Shown: positions 1-8,282 of the stretch, piece after piece
How positions within the stretch are numbered: the stretch's first letter is position 1
Layout: every line of letters begins with the position of its first letter
NCBI GenBank assembly: GCA_043228905.1
Contig: JBHGNT010001286.1
Span: 1-10,298 of the forward strand
Source: Azolla caroliniana
Taxonomy: Eukaryota > Plantae > Polypodiophyta
DNA length: 10,298 nt
Direction of reading: 5' to 3'
Position numbers and translations under genes: made by a program
Notes under the pieces: generated by a model
Told to the model about the DNA's origin: nothing
What the model saw: only the letters and a program-made list of their open reading frames with translations
The model's database searches: none

Positions 1-501
1 AGGTGGTCAATTTCTGATTCCCCTAGTTGCACGACCCTTTTCGCTTTTGAGGCGATGGTGGTCTGAGCCTCAATTTCTTCCTTCAAAGCGTCGATGGCGT
101 GGTTTGGTGGCGGAGTTGCGTGTTGCGCCATAGTTGCGTTAGCTTCCAACTCCGCGATGCGTTTGTTGGCATTTTGCAGCTCGGCTTGGGTCATTTTCAC
201 CTTCTTCCAGACATTCTTATTTTTAATGGCCATCTCTTTGGCGCTCGTGCTGACTTTTGCCAGTTCCCGATGGACTTCGACTAGGGCCGTGTTTAATGGG
301 GGTAGCTCCATCCCCACTCGGCGTACCTTGGCGTTCCTTTGTCTGCCGACCCTGGCTAGCCGGTCCTCATCGTCGCTCTCGATCATCTGGCGCTCCGCGT
401 GCTCCTCGGCCATTCGTTGGGAGGCTTTTATCTATTGTGTTGCCAGGAATTCCATGACCTCAAAAGAGGTTCCGAATTGTAAGAGGGCACTGAACTCATG
501 G

Positions 502-956
502 TGTTACGGGCATGACCATATAATATCCCGTGGTAAGAATTTACCGTAGTATTCTATACACGTGGATAAGTGTGAGGGTTAAACGAGAGTGTAAAGAAGG
601 GGAGGATTACTTTTAATCCTCGGGATTGAGACAACCCATTAGGTCAAGTGTGAACTTGCATGGGGGCCTTGGGTATTGCTATAAATAAGAGGCCTAGCTA
701 CCCTCATTGGATCATCTTTTGACTACATCGAGACTCTGCTCTTGTGGTGGGTCAACTCTTGTAGCGAGCATGCCAGCACCAGGTACGACTCGACGCCATT
801 GCGGTGGTATGGGACGCTGATCGAGGCTCGAGTCCGTCTCGATCCCTTCGCTCGGGGGTGGTCGGGTGGATCGGCACCCTTCTTTCTCTTTCTCCTTTCT
901 ATCTATCATTTCTTTATCCTTATCTTAAGCTTACGTTAATATTTAGATCTATAATA
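502..956 (+). mobile_element. Solo LTR (455 bp) of a second family
   Basis: Starts TGTTA and ends TAATA (probably TAACA with C>T). Flanked by the 5-bp direct repeat CATGG (497-501 and 957-961). Has an internal TATAAATA. Its removal restores the host reading frame. Confidence 0.88.
680..687 (+). promoter_or_regulatory. TATA box of the solo LTR
   Basis: CTATAAATAAGAGG is a typical plant LTR promoter context. It orients the LTR plus, which makes the 502 end U3. Confidence 0.65.
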
Positions 957-1267
957 CATGGGCCGTATCCGAGATATCTGGTTATGCCAAAACCTCGCTT
1001 TCCGTCGTCAATACGGCTTTCCCTCGTTGGGACTGGGTCGTAATGATCAGCCGAGGCTCCCGGATGATTTCAAAGGTGGTATTGGGCTCCGTAGCTGCAG
1101 AGCCATCGCCTTCGGTCGTTGTCTCTACCGCCGTGGGGACGTCTTTGACCAATCCCTGCTCATCTTTCCTGTCCAATCTACGTCGTTTCGGTCTGGGGCT
1201 ATCCTGCCATGTTTCGGTGTCTGGCTCTGGGGCTGCTGCCACAGAACGTGCAGACTGTTCCTCATGC

Positions 1268-1327
1268 GTTGTCCTTGTGTCCGGCTGGGCGGGAGGTGTT
1301 GTCCGCGTGTCTGGCTGGGCGAGTTGG
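1268..1327. repeat. Imperfect 30-bp tandem duplication encoding AQPDTRTT twice
   Basis: gttgtccttgtgtccggctgggcg and gttgtccgcgtgtctggctgggcg occur at 30-bp spacing. Confidence 0.75.
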
Positions 1328-1943
1328 GGTTCCTCTTCCCACTCTGGGCCGCTAACTATGCTAACCTGCGCTTCGCGGATCGTAGTGGGGGCGTGGGTCG
1401 GCTGGGCTGTGGTGCCGGTAGGCCTCGGGGTGGGAATAGTACCGTAAGGTACTGTTGTATGATCGGCTTGAGCTTTTTGCCTGCCTGATACGCATGCAGG
1501 CCTTCCCTTAATGCTGGCCCTATGATGACCCCCCAATCGACCGCACGCCCTTCAACGGTATCGATAATAATGCCCGCCTTCTGCTTGGGCATCCCATATG
1601 CGTTGACATGTACGCATCCGACCTCTAACAGGAACTTGGCAACTTCACGAAAGAAGGGATCCAGGATTTGCTTCGTTCTATAGGCCTTGGTGGAGGAGGA
1701 ATATGGCCCGAAATATCGCTGCAGCGCCTCTGCAGGAGGGATTTCGAAATGCCTTTCGCCTAGCGATGACAGGTCCAACTTTTTTCGGATGGAAGAGTTG
1801 GTGACCGTGTCGATGTTAAGCTTCCTGGCGATGTCCATGGCATCCGGGTGTGGGGGTGCCTTTGCGACCCGGATGTACCCATCCAGGTGTTTCTCCACGA
1901 GCCATCGGCGTAAGGCAGTAGAGATGAAGATCGACATCGCTAG

Positions 1944-2090
1944 TGTTACGGGCATGACCATTTAATATCCTGTGGTGAGAATTTACCGTAGCCTTCTTTA
2001 CACTCTCGTTTAACCCTCACACTTATCCACGTGTATAGAATACTACGGTAAATTCTCACCACGGGATATTAAATGGTCATGCCCGTAACA
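1944..2090. mobile_element. 147-bp LTR-end-derived hairpin (MITE-like) insertion with 48-bp terminal inverted repeats
   Basis: 1944-1991 matches the reverse complement of 2043-2090 at 47/48. 1944-1991 matches solo LTR 502-549 at 45/48. The reverse complement of 1992-2090 matches 502-600 at 97/99. TSD GCTAG lies at 1939-1943 and 2091-2095. Ends are TG...CA. Confidence 0.93.
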
Positions 2091-2386
2091 GCTAGAGTAG
2101 GTTCGTGGGAAGGAGATTGGTGGTTGCGGTGGGCTGGAGCTCTGTGATAGGATGGAGGAGAAGGTGAGGGGGACGAGCGATGGGAGCACTGATAGTTAGA
2201 AGGTGGGTTTCTGTTTTGTGTAGAAGATCTTCTATTTCCTTCTTTTTGTGGCTTAGGGTTCATTGGGCGGTGATCCATCGTGGTGCCGCGTAGTCCTTTT
2301 AATAGTCGCTATCTTTTTTCTTTTTTTTTCCTGTAACGGTTATATACAACCTATTTTTACATTATGGTACAAGTGGGGCCGTCCCT

Positions 2387-3530
2387 TTACACCGCGGGTT
2401 CTCCGACACTGTCCTGTTTGGCGGTGAATGGGTTAGGTGGCGTAGGGCCCAGGTAAGGTTTAAGGCGAAACCCATTCACCTTTTGCCGTACTACTTCCCC
2501 GGCCAGCGTACCTAGTTGGAACGTGCCTTGTTCCGCTCCAATTATCCAGTATGGGCCGGTCTAGCGGAATCGTAACTTCCTCGGCATATGGCCCATGCGG
2601 GTTTGGAAAACCAGCACCGCTCGACCGACGACGAACTCCTTTTCCCTTGCGTTTCGATGTCGATCCACAAACGCTTTACGCCGTCGTTGTTCCTGCTCCA
2701 ACACAGCCATGCTGTGTACGAGGTTTCCCCCGAGTTCGAGTAGCTGGTGGAGCCATACCTCCTCCGACTTGGCTTCCGATAGTCGGTCCCGTACCTGAAT
2801 CCGCAAACTGGGTACCTGAAATTCGACCAACATCACAACCACCAACCCAAACGCTAGTTGAAACGGTGTTGACTGTATGCTTGTTTTGTAGCTAGTTCTG
2901 TACGCCCATAACGCACTCTGTAATTTGGTATCCCAGTCCGTTCTATTTTCATTGACAATTTTCTTCAAGATGGTCTGCAATGTCTTGTTGGTGGATTTTG
3001 CTAACCCATTCGCTTGTGGATAATATGGCGTACTCTTCTTATGGACTACGATGTAATGATGTGTTAGTTCCCGAACCACCGTATTGAGAAAGTGACTCCC
3101 CTGGTCACTGATGAGCTCAATCGGACAGCCGAACCGGCACTAGATGTGCTCGTAAAGGAATCTGGCTGTGACGGCTGTCGTATTTTCTCGTAGTGCCTTT
3201 GCTTCTACCCACTTGGTGCAGTAATTTGTAGCTACCAATATGTATTTATTGCTCGTACGGGCTGCCGTCGGTGTGAAGGGGCCACGAAATCCAATCCCCA
3301 CTTTTGGAAGGGGTCTAGCGGTAATACGGGCTGGTGTGGCATCCTTGCGCCCTCCGTGGGCTGGCCCATCCGTTGACACAAATCACACTTTCTACAATAC
3401 TCGGATGCGTCCTTCTGCGTTGTTGGCCACCATAAGCCCGCCTGCCATATCTTCCGGGCTGTAACGTCACCCGCGTAATGGTCGCCTGCCGTGCCACAGT
3501 GCGCCTCCCATAAAACTGCTTCTATCTCAT
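2387..3530 (-). pseudogene. Integrase (HHCC zinc finger, DDE core, GPY motif)
   Basis: H..H..CRKCDLC, WGLDF, ELISDQGSHF, TPYYPQANGLAK (catalytic E mutated to K), *TGPY and VNGFRLKPY. Confidence 0.93.
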
Positions 3531-3859
3531 CCTGACGTACCCCACGTTGCCAAATGCCGTCACTGCCTTTGTGATATAAAACTCCTTCTACGAGGCAGAA
3601 GTTACGGCTTCGGACGGCTAGTTGTTTCTTCTCGTCCGTGCGTAATTGTGGTGGAGGCAGTCCAGTAGTCAAAAGGTATGTCATTTCCATAAGCCACCGG
3701 TCTAGAAAGGTCGATTCCGTTCTTTCTGCTAGTGCTGCTACCCGCAGGATGTCGGCGTCCGGAAAATCGTCATCATCTTTCTGTACTGTTTCTCCATTCT
3801 CGAGTCTGCTCAAAAAATCTGCCACCACGTGTTGCGTCCCTGGTCGGTGTTGGATTACG

Positions 3860-4170
3860 AAATTGAATTCTTGGAGCAACAGCATCCATCGCGCCAATTT
3901 CCCCGTTAGGGCTTGTTTCTCCACCAAATACAGTAGTGCCGAATGATCCACGTGGAACGTGAATTTCCTCCCTAGTAACTAATGCCGAAATTTATTGATG
4001 CTATAGATCTTCCCTAGCGCCTCCCGCTCCGTTGTGGAATAGTTACACTCTGTTGTTAATAATTTGCGACTAGCGTAGTACACTGGCCGGTACCAGTTTG
4101 GTTCAATGAGCTGCATTAGTGCACTTCCTATTGCTATGTCCGAGGCGTCGACGAACACGTGGAATGGCTT
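3860..4170 (-). pseudogene. RNase H domain (Ty3 type)
   Basis: FHVFVDAS, PVYYASRKL, NYSTTEREAL, VDHSAL and LARWMLLLQEF. Boundaries are approximate. Confidence 0.93.
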
Positions 4171-4439
4171 CGCCCAAACTAGTGGTTGTACGATGGGGGC
4201 CTGTGTGAGCATTATCTTAAGTGCCTCATAGGCCTTGTCCTCCGTTGCTGTCCATTGGAAGGGAGTCCAATGTACGACAGCATGTAACGGCGTGGTGAAG
4301 TCCGCCAAATATCGTATCATCCGACTATGCCACCGTATTTGTCCTAAAAACCGGTCGAGTGATTTCGCGTTTGTCAGAGTTTTGGCTTGCGTAATCGCGG
4401 AGATTTTGTTCGGATCGACCGCTTTTCCCTCCTTGTTGA

Positions 4440-5050
4440 CTATATGGCCCAGGAGAGTCTCGCTGGTCACGCCGAAGGCACATTTCGCGGGATTCAGGCT
4501 TAAGCGTGCGGTGCGGCAACGTTCCAGGAACAGTTGCAAGTGCGTAAAATGGTCTATTGTTCTCCCATATACCGTAAAGTCATCTAAAACAACATGCATG
4601 AACGCCAAAATGTATTCCCCAAAGATCTCCGTAATTGTCCATTGAAATGTTGTTGGCGCCGTTTTTAGCCCGAACATCATGACGGCTACCACATAGACTC
4701 CCCAGTCCGTGACAAATGTCGTCTTTTCTTGGTCCTCGGGATGCATGCGTACCTGGTTATACCCACTGAAGCCATCTAAAAAACTGTACATCTCATGTCC
4801 TGCGACGACGTCCAATACGCTATCGGTGAAGGGTAAAGGGAATGCGTCCGTAATGGTTATGACGTTTAATTTTCGGTAATCCACGCATACCCGTATTTTG
4901 CCGTTTTTCTTTGGAACGACCACTATTGGGCTTAACCAGGTGGCTTGTTTAACTGGCCGTATGAACCCCGCCTTCAGGAGTTTGTCAATTTCTTCTTTTA
5001 CGCGGGTCGCATAGTTTGGGTTCATGCGGTAGCAGCGCTGCTGGACAGGT
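4440..5050 (-). pseudogene. Reverse transcriptase domain
   Basis: WLSPIVVVPKKNGKIRVCVDYRKLN, FLDGFSGYNQ, MMFGLKTAPTTFQ, VLDD (DD at 4579-4584), LNPAKC and LLGH. Boundaries are approximate. Confidence 0.95.
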
Positions 5051-5595
5051 TTTGCGTCGGTTGCTAAATTGATCTTATGCTGATAGAACTTGGGATCTAA
5101 CCCCTTCATGTCCTTGTGAGCCCAAGCGAACATATGTTTATATTTCGTGAGTAGTGTGATCATCGTGTTTCTCTAGTCCGGCCTTAATTTCTTTGCGATG
5201 GAGAGGAAACGGGGTTCCGACTCCGTACCCACATTTACTTCTTCCAGGGCGGAGGCGGTGACTCGTCGTGAAATTTCCATTTCCCTTTTGAATGCAGCCC
5301 GTGCTCTGCTGAGTTCCAATATGGAATCTGGGTTTGGTTCGTAAGGCTCGTTGTGGAAAATAGTGGCCGTGGCATATTCTGCCGCGGTTGCGATGATGTC
5401 AATTTCGAACAACGGAATGATCCGTGGGTGCTCATCTAGGTATGCCTCTAATTCTGCATTCTCCACCCTAGCCAACATATTTATATCTTCTACGTATAAT
5501 GGTGTTATACCCTTGGGTTGTGGTGTGCTTCCTTCCGTAGGTACGCGAACCTTGGTGCGTCCGTGTCGGAAACTGATACACTTGTGTTGCCAGCT

Positions 5596-5900
5596 CTACT
5601 TGATATTTGCTGCCCGAAGCCATGGTCTGCCCAGAAGCACTGGGTACGCCCCTAGGGCGTCCAAGGCGAGGACAACCGCCGAGATGTCGAAGCGATGTCC
5701 GCCCATGATAATGCCTATCTTGCGAATTAACCCCAATGGTCGTACTGAACGGGTATCTGCCATTTGGAGCCAGAATGGGCAAGCCTCCCATTCTGAGATG
5801 CCTAATTGCTTGCAAGTTTTCGCGCTAATTACATTGACGCCTGAGCCGCCATCAATTACGCATCCAAGAATTTCTTGTCTGTGTAATATTAATGTAATAG
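5596..5900 (-). pseudogene. Aspartic protease domain
   Basis: CVIDGGSGVNVIS (catalytic D at 5851-5853) and YPVLLGRPWL. Boundaries are approximate. Confidence 0.88.
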
Positions 5901-6192
5901 CCGGGTTGTGGTGATCCACTCCAAGCGGGTCGTCGCTAACGTCTGTAAGGTTTGTAGCGACGCTCACCGCAGGTATGCCTGTCACCCGTTCTTCCATGGT
6001 CTGGCGGAAGCGTTGGACTAGCTGAAACAGCTTCTCCATGGTTAACATTATCTCACAGCCCGCTAATGCTTGCCAAATGGGGTCCGGGACCGGTCCTTCG
6101 TCTTCTACTTGCTCCCTCGCATTCGTGGACTCCTTCCGCATGCGCTCTGTATTGGTCGCGTTTGCTTTTTCCACCCATGCCTAGGCTTGTCG

Positions 6193-7743
6193 TCATATCT
6201 CATCTTGCGTAGCCCAATAAGCCGTTTTTGTTTGTTGGTGCGTCGTGACTTGCTGCACTTCCGCCGTAATCGTGATGACGGTGGGCCCCTTGCCCTTGCG
6301 TGCTGGGCATTGCGTGGCATAATGTCCAGGCTCCTGACAAATAAAACAATGGATACTTGATTCACCCTTCTCGATTCCTGGTGGTGTGTGCCGATCCCCT
6401 AGTGCGACTTGCTCCTCCTGGTCCGGCCTGGTTTGTCGGAACGCACGCGGTGGTTGCCGTTGGTCTCGTCGTGGTTCTTGGTGTCGCTCATCTCCCGAGC
6501 TTTCGTCGTAACGCCGGTGATCTCGATATTGCCGTGGCTTCCCACGATAACCATTGAAGCCGCCACGTTTGTTTGCCGGCTGGTGATTCTCATAGCACCG
6601 GCCCCCTTTAGCATAACTCAGATGTCCACGATAATCCTCATACTCTGGTTCGTCTTCCTCAGAATCATTGTGATTTCGGCGATTCCGGTGGTGCCGGTCG
6701 TCCCGTGGGTTGCGATCCATATACCGTGGTCGGTCTTCTTGCCTCCTTTGTTCAGTATGGCGTGGGGGACACTGTGTGTCCATGCTGCGGACTGTGGGAG
6801 CGGCTCTGTTCAACATATTGTATTCGCATTGTTCGACTGTGTGAGCCTTTGAGTGGCAGATTGGGTAGTGGATTCGCATGTTGCACTCCACTGCAGAATG
6901 CCCCGAGTTCAAGCAAATCGTGCACTGGATTACTTGACGAAACTGGCGTTCCTCGTCCTGGGGTAATGCTTTTCGTAAGGAGGAGATAGAAAACCTTTCC
7001 TCCTCCTCGTCCAACTTGACCTGTAACGCTCGTTGAATGACCATATTTTCCGTTTCCCCTTTCACGCTATTGTTGTTGAGCGTTGCCCGGATGGGTCGGC
7101 GTAATGCTGCCAGAATTGTCTCTCGAGCCTCGTCCTCTGCGGTGCTCCGTTCTAGTTTCCGCCGTAAATTTTGGAAACGTAAGCTAAAGTCTGCGATCGT
7201 CTCGGTTGGCAGTTGCTTAATCGTGTAGAACTGTCCGAGGATTTCGCATTGTGGAACCCTCCGATGGAAGAACCACAAGAAAGCGGACTGCAACTGATCG
7301 AAGGTCGTGATTGCTGGTAAATCCATCTGTGAATGCCAAAACGCCGCTCGCCCATCCAATGTTAACCCGAACTCCGTCATTTTCGATTGGTGCGCTACCG
7401 CCTCCGAAAGGCTCTGTGCCATGTGGTTCGCATTTCAGACATTAAGGAACATACGAATATGGGTTGCGGCGTCGGTTTCGCCGTTAAAGCAGGGATAGGC
7501 AAAGGCCATGCTGGGGGCTACGACGGGTCGGGAAAGACCAAATGATGGTTGTGGTGAGCGTGCTCCTCGCGTATTGTCGAGGTGTTTGGAGAGCGAAGAA
7601 TCACCTTTGTAATCACGGCAGGTAGTACTGAGGTCGCTGAGGCAAGGCTTCTACCGTGCGCGGTCCTCTGCCTGGCGTGTGACGGACCTTGTGATTGGCC
7701 GGTCTTGTCGTGTTGGTTCTCTGGGGCGTCTGCGGCTAAACAT
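6193..7743 (-). pseudogene. gag: Gag region: capsid-like retrotransposon gag domain plus CCHC zinc knuckles
   Basis: Motifs LDGRAAFW, FDQLQSAFLWFF and IKQLPTETIADFSLRF. Knuckles are CTICLNSGHSAVEC (6883-6924), (C>Y)PICHSKAHTVEQC (6826-6867) and CFICQEPGHYATQC (6307-6348). Confidence 0.9.
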
Positions 7744-7779
7744 CCATTCGTCGTTGCTCTTCTGTGAGAAGACACAGAT

Positions 7780-7793
7780 CACCAAGAGTGCCA
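7780..7793 (-). promoter_or_regulatory. Primer binding site (possibly a degenerate tRNA-Arg type)
   Basis: TGGCACTCTTGGTG begins 4 nt after the LTR's terminal CA and 50 nt upstream of the gag ATG. The tRNA identity is not verified. Confidence 0.7.
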
Positions 7794-7797
7794 AAAT

Positions 7798-8235
7798 TGT
7801 TACCGATTAGGAACACGGTCTGCGGTTAGTCCTTCGACCTAGAACTCCAAGTGATTGTGGAACAACGAATGGGGCGTCTATGCGTAATGCGTAGGGGAAT
7901 GTTCCCCATAACCTATCAACGTATAAGGGAGATGGCTACAACCGACTCCTTAGCAATGGTTACACTTACGTTCTTACACGCTCAGGTATTCCAGACACAC
8001 AATAGATTTAGCCGTACCTATACACAGACTTTCAGAGAAGATAGAATTCTATTACGATACGCTTCTTTACATTCCAAAATACACGCTCCCTCTATTAGAG
8101 GTTTTCTGCCCTTTATATACGCAGGGTCTATTTAGCCGTTCACGCTTCCTGCGTGAACCGTTACATGCGTTATGATCTTATATTATTTCTTATTCCTACG
8201 CTCTTATCCATCGATTACTATTCCGGTGGACAACA
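7798..8235 (-). repeat. LTR of the Gypsy element (438 bp, acting as 5' LTR)
   Basis: Termini are TGTT...AACA. On the minus strand it ends ...GGTAACA, 4 nt before a TGG-starting PBS, and it contains TATATAAAGGG. The partner LTR is not in the window, so the 8235 boundary rests on the terminal motif. Confidence 0.8.
8111..8119 (-). promoter_or_regulatory. TATA box of the Gypsy LTR
   Basis: Minus strand reads GTATATAAAGGG, oriented toward gag. Confidence 0.6.
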
Positions 8236-8237
8236 CC

Positions 8238-8254
8238 TGGCACGCCTGTGGGAC
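8238..8254 (+). promoter_or_regulatory. Second PBS-like motif (tRNA-Arg-like), antisense to the Gypsy element
   Basis: TGGCACGCCTGTGGGAC lies 2 nt after ...CAACA. It resembles the plant tRNA-Arg(UCU)-type PBS as I recall it (TGGCACGCCCGGTGGGAC), with a 1-nt indel and a mismatch. Confidence 0.6.
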
Positions 8255-8282
8255 AGTGCCCTAGCACGTCGGACCCATCTCG

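Larger units (their letters stand above)
1..2278 (-). pseudogene. Extra sense ORF (env-position ORF) of the Gypsy element, interrupted by two insertions; function unknown
   Basis: Removing 1944-2090 plus one TSD fuses ...HEPTLA|MSIFIST... in frame. Removing 502-956 plus one TSD fuses ...PDISDTAH|EFSALLQF... in frame. One frameshift lies near 1345-1356, with stops at about 1356, 982 and 432. About 555 codons can be reconstructed, and the frame is open at the window edge. Confidence 0.8.
2387..7743 (-). pseudogene. gag-pol: gag-pol polyprotein pseudogene (originally a single frame)
   Basis: ATG 7743 (MFSRRRPREPTRQDRPITRS...) is in frame with ORFs 6193-7422, 5596-6174, 5173-5478, 3979-5163 and 3232-3951. 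In-frame stops occur at about 7651, 7435, 6193, 6181, 5596, 5173, 3979, 3140 and 2561. There is one frameshift near 3285 (GLDF|GPF). The natural stop is TAA at 2387-2389. Confidence 0.92.
1..8235 (-). mobile_element. Decayed Ty3/Gypsy LTR retrotransposon (non-chromovirus, Athila/Phygy/Selgy-like) with an extra 3' ORF; 3' end lies outside the window
   Basis: Order on the minus strand is LTR, PBS, gag, protease, RT, RNase H, integrase, extra ORF. RT-RH-INT is the Gypsy order. RT has the FLDGFSGYNQ signature of Athila/Tat-type elements. There is no chromodomain after the GPY motif and no second RNase H. Lineage is inferred from motifs only. Confidence 0.93.

Noticed and set aside
94-549. Hydrophobic 151-aa plus-strand ORF as a membrane or env protein
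   Set aside because: It is the antisense shadow of the coiled-coil-like minus-strand frame and runs across the solo-LTR junction.
586-606. Purine-rich tract in the solo LTR as a PPT marking an element boundary
   Set aside because: It lies inside the TSD-defined LTR and is not followed by a TG LTR start. It does coincide with the mini-element's long-arm breakpoint (600), which may be chance.
502-956. Solo LTR as the 3' LTR of the large Gypsy element
   Set aside because: It has no similarity to 7798-8235 beyond TGTT, the opposite promoter orientation and its own TSD, and the host ORF continues past it.
1944-2090. Classical DNA-transposon MITE, CRISPR repeat or terminator
   Set aside because: The whole sequence is accounted for by LTR ends. 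TG...CA termini with a 5-bp TSD indicate a retro-integrase, and there is no repeat-spacer array.
6181-6195. Programmed readthrough or frameshift between gag and pol
   Set aside because: The two in-frame stops are explicable as CGA>TGA and CAG>TAG decay. Gag and pol share one frame.
958-7767. Numerous plus-strand ORFs (e.g. 958-1488, 1043-1447, 4235-4645, 5351-5914, 6409-6852)
   Set aside because: They are antisense shadows of gag-pol or the extra ORF with no recognisable motifs.
8138-8158. 8-bp hairpin GTTCACGC-ttcct-GCGTGAAC in the Gypsy LTR (and a smaller one at 7894-7907)
   Set aside because: Too short to assign a function without conservation data.
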